DNA from: Candidatus Eiseniibacteriota bacterium
GTDB taxonomy: Bacteria > Eisenbacteria > RBG-16-71-46 > CAVPCR01
Direction of reading: 5' to 3'
Length of the DNA stretch: 64,000 nucleotides
Assembly (NCBI GenBank): GCA_963702435.1
Contig: CAVPCR010000001.1
Coordinates: 960,001 to 1,024,000, forward strand
Shown: in pieces, positions 26,089-35,428 of the stretch
Numbering within the stretch: position 1 is the first letter of the stretch
Layout of the letters: every line of letters starts with the position of its first letter
Notes under the pieces: model-generated
The model's database searches: none
Told to the model about the DNA's origin: nothing
Seen by the model: the letters and a program-made list of their open reading frames with translations, nothing else
Program-made: the position numbers and the translations under genes

Positions 26089-27432
26089 ATGCGGGATGAA
26101 GCCGATCTCGAGACCGTTGCCGGGAAGGCGCTCGCGGCGGCCCTCGGCGCCGGAGCGGACGAGGCGGAGGCGTACGTCGAGCGGACGCGTGTGACGTGCG
26201 TTCACCGGATCGGGCGGCGGACCACGAGCCACACCTACATGGAGGAGGGGATCGGGCTGCGCGTCCTCGCCGGCGGGCGGCCCGGGTTCTGGGCGCTGTC
26301 GGGCGCAAGCGGCGAGCACCTGGGCGCGCTGGCGCGGAGAGCTGTCGGCAGCACGCAAGGGGAGCCGGCGCGCGCTCATGCAGTGCTCCCCGAACCGGCC
26401 ACAGCGATCCCCGCCGCCGAGCCCTTTGCCCTCGTCGATCCGGCGCTCATCGTCGCCACGATCGCCGAGAAGAGCGCGCTCCTCGAGCGCGAGGAAGACG
26501 CCTGTCGCGCCGCCGTTCGCCTCGCGCGCGCCGACTTCATGTACGAGGACCGGCTGAGCGAGACCCATCTTGCATCGACACGCGGCGTGCGCGTCGCAAC
26601 GACGGCCGCCAAGGCCGGCATCTCCGGCCGTGTGATCGCGCGGGCCGACCGGGCGGCGGTCGCAAGCGGGCGCGTGACGACGCGGCGCTTCACGGACCTC
26701 GCGACCCCGTGCCTCGGCCCGCTCCTCGGAGCGCGCGCCGCGCGCATCGCGGGCGCCGGGCGAGCCCCGGCGGGCCGCCGCACCCTCGTCCTGCCGCCGG
26801 ACCTCGCCGCCGACCTCCTCGCCGCGCTCGCCGTCGCGCTCTCGGCGGATCGTGTGGTGCGCGGCGAGTCGTTCCTCGCCGGTCGGCTCGGGAGGCGGGT
26901 CGGGAACGATCTCCTGAACGTGATCGACGACGGGACACTCCCCGGCGGGCTCGCGAGCGCCCCGCTCGACGACGAGGGCACGCCGACCGCCTATCACCAT
27001 CCGATCGTCGGCGGGCGGCTCGCCGGCTGGCTCTGCGATGCGACCTCCGCGGCCGCGCTCGGCCTCCCCTCGACCGGGAACGCCATGCGCACCTCGTGCC
27101 GCATGCCGCCCGCGATCGGGCCCCGCAATCTGATCCTCACGCCGGGGTGCCGCACGCCGGAGGAGATCGTCGCCGCGATCGAGCACGGCCTCCTCGTGCA
27201 CGAGGCCGAGCGGAAGGCGTTCGACGCGGCGAGCGGCCGCTATCTCCTCAGCGTCACCGGGCAACTCATCACGCACGGACAGCCCGGACGGGCAGCGCGG
27301 GGGACCGTGACCGCCCTCCTGCCGGAGATGCTCATGAACCTCACGGCGCTCGGCCACGACCTCGCGTTCACGAACCTCGTCGCGGCGCCGACCATCGCCA
27401 TCGCCGGAGTGAGCGTCACGCCGGCGAGGTGA
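26089..27432 (+). CDS. Divergent PmbA/TldE-family protein
   Basis: ADEAEAYVE, GLRV, DDGTLPGGLASAPLDDEG and STGNA motifs. No HExxxH. Confidence 0.75.
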   Translation: MRDEADLETVAGKALAAALGAGADEAEAYVERTRVTCVHRIGRRTTSHTYMEEGIGLRVLAGGRPGFWALSGASGEHLGALARRAVGSTQGEPARAHAVLPEPATAIPAAEPFALVDPALIVATIAEKSALLEREEDACRAAVRLARADFMYEDRLSETHLASTRGVRVATTAAKAGISGRVIARADRAAVASGRVTTRRFTDLATPCLGPLLGARAARIAGAGRAPAGRRTLVLPPDLAADLLAALAVALSADRVVRGESFLAGRLGRRVGNDLLNVIDDGTLPGGLASAPLDDEGTPTAYHHPIVGGRLAGWLCDATSAAALGLPSTGNAMRTSCRMPPAIGPRNLILTPGCRTPEEIVAAIEHGLLVHEAERKAFDAASGRYLLSVTGQLITHGQPGRAARGTVTALLPEMLMNLTALGHDLAFTNLVAAPTIAIAGVSVTPAR

Positions 27433-27468
27433 GGCGGGCCGACACCCCGGTCTGCCCGGCCGCCGGGA

Positions 27469-29715
27469 TCACGGTCCCGGCAGCAACACCATCTTCCTCA
27501 CTTCCTGGTGGGCGCCGGCCGTAAGCCGGTAGAAGTAGACTCCTGACGGGACGAGCGCTCCCCGGCTGTCGCGCCGATCCCAGGCGACCTGGTGCCCGCC
27601 GGCCGGGAGCGCGCCAATCGCCAGTACCTGTACGCGGCGGCCACCGGTATCGAAGACGTCGAGCACGACATCGTTCACCGCCGCCGGCAAGCTGAAGCGG
27701 ATGCTGGTCGAGCGCGCGAACGGGTTGGGTTGGTTCTGATCCATCCGCACTGCCAGCGGCACCGTCGCCGCCGGCTCCTCGATCCCCGTCGTGGCGCACT
27801 GGGCCGGAAAGATCTGGACGCCGGAGTAGCTCGCGGCGAGGTAGACGTAGTCGCCGCTGACGGCCACAGCTTCACAGAGGGCGAGATCACTGCCCGGCGG
27901 ACCATCCGCATACGCCGCGCCCACGAGCACCGGCGATGCGGCATTCGAGATGTCAACCACCTGCAGGCCCGAGCTGAAGTCGGCCACGTAGGCATGGTTC
28001 CCGGCCACCGCAACGCCCTGGGCGTCGCGCGGCGTATCCACTCTGCCGAGGAGGACTGGCGACGCGGGATCCGAGATGCCGACCACCTGGAGACCGGATT
28101 CACCGACAGCGACGTAGACGTAGGCCCCGCTGACCGTCACGCCCCGCGGTTCCGGCATGGGGACGATTGTCACGAAGACTGGAGAGGCGGGGTTCGAGAT
28201 CCGGACGACCGTCAGTGCCCCGGGACCGTCGGCAATGTAGGCGTAGTCCCCCGCGACGACCACCTCGACGGCGGAGCCCATGGTGTCGAAGCTTCCGACG
28301 AGGACCGGTGACAGCGGGTTCGACACGTTGATCACCTGCAGCCCGGAGATGCCGTCGGCAACGTACGCGTAGCTACCGGCCACCGCCACCCCGGAAGCAT
28401 GGCCCGGCGTGTCGGCGGTCCCGACGATCGCCGGGGATGTGGGGTTGGCGATAGCGACCACCTGCAAACCACGGGCCCCATCTGCGATGTAGGCATGCGC
28501 CCCGGCCAGCGCGACGCCCAGGGCCGTGCCGGGCGTATCGGCGTTGCCCACGAGGACAGGCGACGACGGAGTCGATACATCCACCACCTGGAGGCCACGG
28601 TCGCCGTCCGCGATGTAGGCATGGTTTCCGCGCAACGCCACCCAGCTGGCGCGGCCGATCGTATCGATGGCGCCCACCAGCGCCGGCGACCGCGGATTCG
28701 ACAGGTCGGCGACGATGAGGCCCGGAGAGGTGCCGATATAGGCGTAGCCCCCGGCCATGACCACGGCCTGAGCACCCTCAACGCCGGAGGGAACAACGAG
28801 GGTGCCGAGGAGAACGGGCGAGCTCGGGCTCGAGACGTCGAGCATGCGGATGCCACAGGTCCCGTTGGCGGCGCAGACGAGGTCGCCCGCCACGGACACC
28901 CCTCCGACGCCTATGCCCGGCAGGTACACACTCCCGGCGATAGTCGGTGCGGCCGGGTTCGTGACGTTCACCACCTTGAGATCGCTTCCTGCGGCGATGT
29001 AGGCATAGCTCCCCGCCACCGCGATGTCGACGGCCTCACTCGAAGTGCCGACGCTGCCGACGATGACAGGCGCAGCCGGGTTCGACACGTTGATCACCTG
29101 CAACCCGGAGATGCCGTCGGCAACGTACGCGTAGCTGCCCGCCACCCACACGTCGTAGGCCGTGCCGGGCGTATCGACGTTCCCGACGAGGACGGGCGCG
29201 GCGGGGTTCGCCACGTTCACCACCTGGAGGCCACGGACGTCATCGCTGATGTAGCAGGTGCTGCCGGCCACGGCGACGCCCTGTGCGTCCCCCGGCGTAT
29301 CGACACTACCGACAACCTGCGGCGCCGCCGGGTTGGATACGTCAACCACGCGGAGGCCGTAGGGGCCGACGGCGACATAGGCGTAGTTGCCGGCGACCGC
29401 GACCGCCCTGCCCACCCCGATCTCCGGCAGGAGGACGTTGCCCAGCCCGCCAGGGGACGACGGAAGCGTGATGTCGATGACATAGAGACGTTGGTGGCCG
29501 ATCACATAGGCCCGATTCCCGGCCACCGCCACATCGAAGCCTCCCCACGTGCTGATCTGTCCCTCAACATGCAGGAAGTCCGCATAGTCGATGCACTCCG
29601 CAAGCGCACCGCCGCCGAGAGCAAGACCTGCAAAGAGCACGAACGCCGCTACGGCCGCCTTGCGCCACCGCCTGCGAACCGCATTGCGTCTACAGGTGAC
29701 ATGGTTGGCAGTCAT
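27469..29715 (-). CDS. Secreted LVIVD-repeat protein with C-terminal FlgD-Ig (sorting-like) domain
   Basis: GGAGGTGA RBS before ATG 29715 and TATAAT at ~29799-29804. About 14 LVIVD repeats. Tail QNQPNPF...WD...SGVYFYRL. Confidence 0.85.
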   Translation of the reverse strand: MTANHVTCRRNAVRRRWRKAAVAAFVLFAGLALGGGALAECIDYADFLHVEGQISTWGGFDVAVAGNRAYVIGHQRLYVIDITLPSSPGGLGNVLLPEIGVGRAVAVAGNYAYVAVGPYGLRVVDVSNPAAPQVVGSVDTPGDAQGVAVAGSTCYISDDVRGLQVVNVANPAAPVLVGNVDTPGTAYDVWVAGSYAYVADGISGLQVINVSNPAAPVIVGSVGTSSEAVDIAVAGSYAYIAAGSDLKVVNVTNPAAPTIAGSVYLPGIGVGGVSVAGDLVCAANGTCGIRMLDVSSPSSPVLLGTLVVPSGVEGAQAVVMAGGYAYIGTSPGLIVADLSNPRSPALVGAIDTIGRASWVALRGNHAYIADGDRGLQVVDVSTPSSPVLVGNADTPGTALGVALAGAHAYIADGARGLQVVAIANPTSPAIVGTADTPGHASGVAVAGSYAYVADGISGLQVINVSNPLSPVLVGSFDTMGSAVEVVVAGDYAYIADGPGALTVVRISNPASPVFVTIVPMPEPRGVTVSGAYVYVAVGESGLQVVGISDPASPVLLGRVDTPRDAQGVAVAGNHAYVADFSSGLQVVDISNAASPVLVGAAYADGPPGSDLALCEAVAVSGDYVYLAASYSGVQIFPAQCATTGIEEPAATVPLAVRMDQNQPNPFARSTSIRFSLPAAVNDVVLDVFDTGGRRVQVLAIGALPAGGHQVAWDRRDSRGALVPSGVYFYRLTAGAHQEVRKMVLLPGP
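28315..29146. repeat. 70-bp intragenic direct repeat (28315-28384 vs 29077-29146)
   Basis: 67/70 identical, both encoding VAGSYAYVADGISGLQVINVSNP, 762 bp apart. Confidence 0.85.
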
Positions 29716-29850
29716 GGGTTCACCTCCATTCAGTGCAACCCCTGGGTCGCCGGCCGCTTCAGGCCGCGGACCCGCCGCGTGGGCGTCGACTACCAGCAAT
29801 TATAGCGCTGTGGCCGTCAATCCGCCCTGCCGGCCGGCGCCCCCGCCTCG

Positions 29851-30732
29851 CTACCGCCGGCGGGCGATGGCGATCACCTCGCGCCGGAGCAGATCGTCGC
29901 GCGTGTAGCGCCCGCCGATCTCGCGCTCGATCTCGGGCGTGAGCAGCGCCTCCCCCTCGGTCCGCGCCGTCACCCACTCGCAGAGCTCGAGCCGCGTCTC
30001 CGCGGCGAAGGCCGCCCGGTAGTCGCTCTCCTTGAGCTTGTTCAGGTAGACGTGCGCGGGGAAGCGGTTCGCGCGCAGGTGATCCCAGGGCGGCACATCG
30101 GCGGGCACCGACTCCTCCGGAAAAGCCCACGCCATGTGATGCCCGCCGGAGAGGCTCGGGAAGAGATGGATCGCGATGTGGGCGACGCCGCCGGGCCGCA
30201 GCAGGCGCGCGACCTGGGCGGTCGCCGCCGGCACGTCGGGCAGGTGCTCGAAGACCGCGTTCGAGATGACGGCGTCGAAGCTCGCGTCGGGAAACTCGAT
30301 CTCGGTCACCGAGAGCCGGCGGAGATCGAGCGCGCGCCGCGCCAGCGGCTTCCGGATGAGCTCGGCGAGGCGGCGATCGTACGCCGGATCGAACATGAGC
30401 TGGCGGACGAGGGTCTTCCCCGCCCGCTCGAGGCCGTCGGCCCGCCAGGTGGCGAGGAAGGAGCCGAGGCCGGGGCCGTGCGTGATGAGCTCGGTGTCGA
30501 TGCCGATGACCTCGTTCCCCGCCGCCGTGAAGAGGAGGGTCGCCGGGGTGCGCTGCCCGCAGCCCACGTCGAGCATGCGGAGCCCGGTGGCCGGGCGCCC
30601 GAGCGCACGCTCGAGACGCTCGCGCGTCGCCCCGTAGACATCGCGGAAATCATGCTCGGCGAACGCGGCGGAGCGCGCCCGATGGTAGGCGAAGAGCTCG
30701 CGAGCCGTGCGGATCTTCCGGGCGATCCTCAT
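29851..30732 (-). CDS. Class I SAM-dependent methyltransferase
   Basis: MLDVGCG, FPDASFDAVISNAVFEHL and RLLRPGG. Confidence 0.85.
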   Translation of the reverse strand: MRIARKIRTARELFAYHRARSAAFAEHDFRDVYGATRERLERALGRPATGLRMLDVGCGQRTPATLLFTAAGNEVIGIDTELITHGPGLGSFLATWRADGLERAGKTLVRQLMFDPAYDRRLAELIRKPLARRALDLRRLSVTEIEFPDASFDAVISNAVFEHLPDVPAATAQVARLLRPGGVAHIAIHLFPSLSGGHHMAWAFPEESVPADVPPWDHLRANRFPAHVYLNKLKESDYRAAFAAETRLELCEWVTARTEGEALLTPEIEREIGGRYTRDDLLRREVIAIARRR

Positions 30733-30742
30733 GGGCGACCTG

Positions 30743-31372
30743 CTAGCCGATCCAGCCGAGCCAGTCGTGGAACAGGAACTGGAAGCGGCCGATCAGGAGC
30801 GTGATGCGGCCCATCACGGTGTAGCCGAAGCTCGCGCCGAACCCGAGCATGAGGAAGAGGATCCCGATGCGCGAGGCGGTGCCGACCGGACCCTTGTGCT
30901 CGACCGAGAAGTAGAAGTAGATGAGGCACGAGATGACGCCCGCGACGAGCACGAACGCGGAGATCATGGCCGCGAGGCCCACCGCCGCCGCCGGCGCGGT
31001 GAGCGTGCCGCCGATCTGCCTCAGGACGTTGGCATCGAGGATCGACGGGATGAAGTAACCGGCGCCGGCCGCCACGTAGAAGGCGATCGGGTAGCGTGCC
31101 GCCCAGCCGTAGCGGAGCGAGAGGCGCGTGAACATGAGGATCCCGAAGAGCCCGCCGAACACGAGGACCCAGTTGGCCCCGAGGTCCTGCGACATCGGGA
31201 TGACCATCTTCTTGATGACGCCCGAGTAGAAGTACTGGACGACGTAGTACCCGGCGGAGACTCCGACCAGGAGATGCTCGGCGAAGCGGAAGACCCGGTT
31301 CTCCCGGTAGAGGAAGGAGAAGATGGCGAGAGTGAGGAGGGCGGTGACCCAGACACCCGGGTCGTGGCTCAT
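30743..31372 (-). CDS. Uncharacterised membrane protein (module copy 2, gene D)
   Basis: Paralogue of 22056-22691 (TLAIFSFL, LMLGFGASFGYTVMGR). Confidence 0.8.
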   Translation of the reverse strand: MSHDPGVWVTALLTLAIFSFLYRENRVFRFAEHLLVGVSAGYYVVQYFYSGVIKKMVIPMSQDLGANWVLVFGGLFGILMFTRLSLRYGWAARYPIAFYVAAGAGYFIPSILDANVLRQIGGTLTAPAAAVGLAAMISAFVLVAGVISCLIYFYFSVEHKGPVGTASRIGILFLMLGFGASFGYTVMGRITLLIGRFQFLFHDWLGWIG

Positions 31373-31422
31373 GACCGCCCCTCCCGCGTGCGGGCGCGGT
31401 GGCTCATGACCGCCCCTCCCGC
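31364..31422 (-). repeat. Exact 24-bp duplication of the RBS/ATGA junction, creating the 12-aa ORF 31369-31407 (MSHRARTREGRS)
   Basis: gtggctcatgaccgcccctcccgc at 31364-31387 and 31399-31422. Confidence 0.85.
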
Positions 31423-32321
31423 TCGACGGCGCGGAGCCGGTTCCCCTGGAGGAGGCCCTTCCGCCGCATGATGAAGTAGCCCGCGTTCCCGGCGATGACG
31501 AGGGCCACGATGAGGAGATGCCCCGCCGACTGCGAGCCCATGCCGCGCACGCCGAAGGCCGGCCGCTCGATCAGCGTCTCGTACTCGGCGGCGCCCTTCA
31601 ACCCGCCGAGGAAGCCCTTGATCTGTCCCGACTGATAGAACGGGTAGATGAAGATGGCCTGGATCGCCGTGTTGCCGCTCACCATGCGCTGGCCATAGCG
31701 CGCGCCCGCGTACGCGGCCCAGAACTCGGAGAGCTGGCTCCCCGCGATCGAGACCAGGAGCTCGATGTCGCGATAGGCGTCGCAGGTGGCGAGGAGCGGT
31801 AGCTCGCTCGTCGGGCGCCCGAACTGGTCCACGGGGAAGGTGGCCTTGATGCTCTCGCCGAGCCGGAGCATGGTCCCCGACCAGTCGGGGTTGTAGCCGA
31901 GGAACACGTAGTCGGTGCCGTAGGTCTTGCCGTGGCGCCGGGCCGCCGCCTCGAGGCGCGCCTGGCCGATGCCGACGCCGCCCGCGTAGTTGGTCATGGC
32001 GATGACCTGGATGCCCTTCGCAAAGAGGCGATCGAGGACAGCCTCGGTCATTGGATCGAGCTCGGCCATGACGTCCGGCTCGTAGTCGAACGAGAAGAGG
32101 ACCTGGTCGCCGGGTTCGAGCGCCTCGATCTCGCGGTGGAAGGCCTCGACTTCCTTCGAGATGACGATCGGGAGCCGCACCGGGGCGATCATCGGGATGG
32201 CCACCGCGAGCGCCATCGCGAGGTAGATCCAGCGGCGGTCGAGCGCGGCGAGGACGCCGAGCGGGCCGCGCGGCCCGGGCGCGGGGGCGGTGGCGGACGC
32301 GGGTCCCTGCGTCTCGCTCAT
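31404..32321 (-). CDS. Uncharacterised TM-soluble-TM protein (module copy 2, gene C)
   Basis: Paralogue of 21182-22051 (DRRWIYL, DYVFLGY, GLKGAAEYE). ATG 32321 is coupled to the upstream stop. Confidence 0.8.
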   Translation of the reverse strand: MSETQGPASATAPAPGPRGPLGVLAALDRRWIYLAMALAVAIPMIAPVRLPIVISKEVEAFHREIEALEPGDQVLFSFDYEPDVMAELDPMTEAVLDRLFAKGIQVIAMTNYAGGVGIGQARLEAAARRHGKTYGTDYVFLGYNPDWSGTMLRLGESIKATFPVDQFGRPTSELPLLATCDAYRDIELLVSIAGSQLSEFWAAYAGARYGQRMVSGNTAIQAIFIYPFYQSGQIKGFLGGLKGAAEYETLIERPAFGVRGMGSQSAGHLLIVALVIAGNAGYFIMRRKGLLQGNRLRAVEREGRS

Positions 32322-32980
32322 GACCCGCCTCCGCCGGAGCGCGACTGTCCGAGGTAGGCGCGCTCGACGCCGAGGATGATGCGCAGCGAGGTCGAGATCA
32401 TGCCGAGTCCGACCCCGATCAGGATTCCACGCTTGGCCGCCAGATTCGGAATGTCGAGGATCCAGCTCGCGAGCCCGGCCAGCGAGTAGCGCGCGCCCCC
32501 CGCGTCGAAACCGAGGATGTCCCCTGCCGGCACGCGCCCGAGCATGACGATGCAACCGGCGACGAGCAGGAGGGTCGCGTGCGTCGAGCGGGCGCGGAAG
32601 GCGCGGTAGGACGCGGAGGCGACGAAGAAGGCGAGCATCGAGAAGAGGGTCGCCTGCATCGGCGCCTGCACGCGCTCGAAGAGCCAGCGATAGGGACCGC
32701 CCTCGATGCCGAAGAAGATCCCGGCGAGCACCGTGGCGACGCAGGAGACGAGCGCCACGCCGCTGAAGAAAGCGCCGTGATCGCGCCGCAGCAGCTTTCG
32801 CCCGTGGAAGCGGAGCAGGCTGAAGACGCCGAGCGTGAGCGTGCAGCCGAAGACGATCTGCTTCCAGTCGAGGACCGTGTTGTAGCCCCGCACCATCCAC
32901 GGGTGCGGGATGAAGTACTGGGCGAGCATGAAGACGCCGAAGACGATGGCGACGGCGATGGGCAGCGTGCGCTGGATCAT
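32318..32980 (-). CDS. Uncharacterised membrane protein (module copy 2, gene B)
   Basis: Paralogue of 20545-21168 (ATLFSMLAFFVASASYRAFR, PNLAAKRGILIG). Confidence 0.8.
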   Translation of the reverse strand: MIQRTLPIAVAIVFGVFMLAQYFIPHPWMVRGYNTVLDWKQIVFGCTLTLGVFSLLRFHGRKLLRRDHGAFFSGVALVSCVATVLAGIFFGIEGGPYRWLFERVQAPMQATLFSMLAFFVASASYRAFRARSTHATLLLVAGCIVMLGRVPAGDILGFDAGGARYSLAGLASWILDIPNLAAKRGILIGVGLGMISTSLRIILGVERAYLGQSRSGGGGS

Positions 32981-32986
32981 GGCGCG

Positions 32987-33907
32987 CTAGCCCCCCGCGC
33001 CGCTCGCCGCGGCCCAGAAGTCCATGTTCACGCCGAGGAACCCGGCGGCGACCCCGACCAGGATGAAGATGATGATGAGGAGCTTGGCCATGTCCTGCGC
33101 CTTCAGGCTCCCGAGGAGGAGCGGCTCGCGCGCGAGGTAGACCGAGGCGGCGTAGAGCTCCTCGCCGATCAGCGTGTAGTCGCAGGCGGTGATGAAGAAG
33201 GGGAGCTGCGCGTCCGAGTCGGTGCCCGCGATCTGGATCGCGCCGGTCGCCTGCCCGGTCTCGGCCATCACGAGCGACTCGGCGTAGAAGTGGCCGAGGA
33301 AGAAGTTGGCCGCCGGCCGCGTCCGCACCATGAAACCGGCGACCCCCGCCGCGTAGCCGAACTGGCTGTAGGTGACGTAGAAGACATCTTCCTCGCGGTA
33401 GAGATCGGGCCGCCCGGCACGGAGATAGCCGCTCCGCACGACGTCCTGCGCCACGCTCATCACGATCGGATCGCGATTCAGCACGCTCACGCGATGATCG
33501 TAGGAGGCGGCCTTCTCGGCGACCTGGCCGAGGATGTTGATCGCGGCGACGGTCGCCGGCTGATCCATCTCGTCGAGGCCGGGCGAGAAGAGGATGGGCC
33601 GGCCCATCTCGGTCGCGCGCCCGATCGCCTCGTCGATGGCGTCGAGGCCGGCGATGCGGCGGACGAAGAGGCTCCGGCCGCCGCGGGCGGCGAGGATGAA
33701 GCCGCCGACGAGACCGGCGAAGAGCACGAGCGGCACGAAGGTGGGGAGCCGCTCGGTCGCGAACCAGCGGCGGTCCCGAGCGGGGGCGGCGCCGGCCCCC
33801 GTCTCCTCGGCGCGCAGGCGCGGCGCCGCGGCGAGGAGCCAACAGGCGATGCAGCCGACGACAGCCAGCAGCAGAGCGCGGCGGCGAGATCCGGGCCGGG
33901 ACAGCAT
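32987..33907 (-). CDS. DUF6754-type membrane protein without FN3 domain (module copy 2, gene A)
   Basis: IDEAIGRATEMGRP and PFFITACDYTLIGEELYAAS. ATG 33907 lies 6 nt after TATAAT. Confidence 0.8.
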   Translation of the reverse strand: MLSRPGSRRRALLLAVVGCIACWLLAAAPRLRAEETGAGAAPARDRRWFATERLPTFVPLVLFAGLVGGFILAARGGRSLFVRRIAGLDAIDEAIGRATEMGRPILFSPGLDEMDQPATVAAINILGQVAEKAASYDHRVSVLNRDPIVMSVAQDVVRSGYLRAGRPDLYREEDVFYVTYSQFGYAAGVAGFMVRTRPAANFFLGHFYAESLVMAETGQATGAIQIAGTDSDAQLPFFITACDYTLIGEELYAASVYLAREPLLLGSLKAQDMAKLLIIIFILVGVAAGFLGVNMDFWAAASGAGG

Positions 33908-33913
33908 GGGCGG

Positions 33914-33919
33914 ATTATA
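33914..33919 (-). promoter_or_regulatory. Consensus -10 (TATAAT) for a leaderless transcript of module copy 2
   Basis: Perfect TATAAT in ~70% GC DNA, 6 nt from the ATG, no SD. Confidence 0.6.
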
Positions 33920-33939
33920 GGGGCGCTGCATCCGCCGAG

Positions 33940-35157
33940 CTAGAAGAAGTCCGGGGTGGCCGCGGCCGGGCCGGCGAACACCGACGAGAGCGCGACGAGG
34001 GGCTCCTCGCTCGCCGCGGCGAGCTGCCCCACGATGCGCAGATCCCACGGGGTCGCCTGCCCGGAGTAGAGCGCGGCGAGACCGCGCACGTCCACGCGCA
34101 CGTCACCGCGCCCGCCTGCCTCGACGTGGCCACGGCCGTTCGCGACCGCGAGCACGAGCTTCCCCACGTTCCCGGGCAGGATGTCGTCGGCGACGTCGAG
34201 ATGCACCTGGGCAGCGAGGCCGGCGGGGTAGCCGCGACCCTCGAGAGCGGCGCGCACGTGCACGAGGCGAAGCATCCAGTGGTCGAAGAGCTTCACCGTG
34301 TGCCCCCGCTCCGGGAGGAGGCGAAGGAACGGGTCGCAGGGCAAGCCGTAGTAGACAGCGACATCCGCCATCGAGCGATGATCGACGAGGAAGGTGAGGA
34401 GGCGGAGCCCCGCCGCGGGCGTGGTCGCGACGAGATCGGAGATCTCGAGCGCATACGCCGCCTCTTCGCTCTCCTCGCGCTTGTAGTAGATGTAGCCCTC
34501 GGCCGCGCCGGTCGCCGGGTTCACGGCGAGATAGCCCTCCCCCGGCTCGAAGCGCGGAGCCCGCGCCCTGGCCCCGATGAAGCCGCTCCGATCGATGTAG
34601 CCGTTGCGCGACGTCGCGACCTCGCGGTAGAGCGCCTCCACCGTGGCGACGGCCGCCGGATCACCCTCTCCGATCGCGCGGATCTCGTGGCCGCGCTCGC
34701 GGAGATGGAGGCGGCGGAGCGGGAGCTCGATCTGGTAGCGGCTCCCCGCGAGCTCGTAACCGACGCGCCGGTAGAGCGGCCAGGTGGCGGGATAGAGCAC
34801 CGAGAGCGCGGTGCCGGCGGCGTGCATCTCCTCGAGGCTCGCCCGCATGAGCGCGGTGGCGCCGCCGCGGCTTCGCACGTCGGGCGCCACCCCGACGACC
34901 GCGATGCCGGTCATCGGCACGCTTCGCCCGCCGTAGAACTGGGCCATCGGGAGCTGGGCGAGCCCGCCGGCGACGCGGCCGCCGGCGTGGAGCACGCGGA
35001 AGTGCTCGCGGCCGAGCCGCTCGCAGTACTTATCTGCGTACGCCCGTGGAAAGTTGAAGACCCGGGAGAGGATGTCGAAGAGCGCGGCGAGCTCGGCGTC
35101 GTTCCGGGCCGGGCCGATCGCGGGCGCCGGGTCGTGCGGCGGCGTGGTCATCGTCAT
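33940..35157 (-). CDS. eis: Eis-family GNAT acetyltransferase with SCP2-like C-terminus
   Basis: GIAVVGVAPDVRSRGGATALM, LYPATWPLYRRVGYE and WMLRLVHVRAALEGRGY. Confidence 0.8.
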   Translation of the reverse strand: MTMTTPPHDPAPAIGPARNDAELAALFDILSRVFNFPRAYADKYCERLGREHFRVLHAGGRVAGGLAQLPMAQFYGGRSVPMTGIAVVGVAPDVRSRGGATALMRASLEEMHAAGTALSVLYPATWPLYRRVGYELAGSRYQIELPLRRLHLRERGHEIRAIGEGDPAAVATVEALYREVATSRNGYIDRSGFIGARARAPRFEPGEGYLAVNPATGAAEGYIYYKREESEEAAYALEISDLVATTPAAGLRLLTFLVDHRSMADVAVYYGLPCDPFLRLLPERGHTVKLFDHWMLRLVHVRAALEGRGYPAGLAAQVHLDVADDILPGNVGKLVLAVANGRGHVEAGGRGDVRVDVRGLAALYSGQATPWDLRIVGQLAAASEEPLVALSSVFAGPAAATPDFF

Positions 35158-35428
35158 CGCGAACCTCCGCCGCCACTATAACCCAATATCAGTACGGGAG
35201 TCGCGCCGGCGCGCGGAGCGCGAGGCGGGCGCGCGACGCGTGCTGCCCTCGCCGGCGAGTTTCGCCGGCCGGCGCGCCGGACGGTGTGAGCACCCAGCGT
35301 GTCGGCCGGCGAGTGTTTGAGCCGGCGAGGGCAGCCGCGGAGCGGCGACCGCCTTCGCGGAGCAGCGCCCCCGAGCGGCCGGGCCGCGGAGCAGCGACCG
35401 CCTTCGCTCAGCAGCGCCGGCCCCCGCC

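Noticed and set aside
25880..27357. 938-aa ORF as one giant fusion
   Set aside because: The upstream part is the antisense shadow of the PmbA-like gene, and the TusA join arises from a frameshift.
32322..33842. 812-aa version of module gene C
   Set aside because: The extension overlaps genes A and B out of frame. The paralogue comparison puts the start at 32321.
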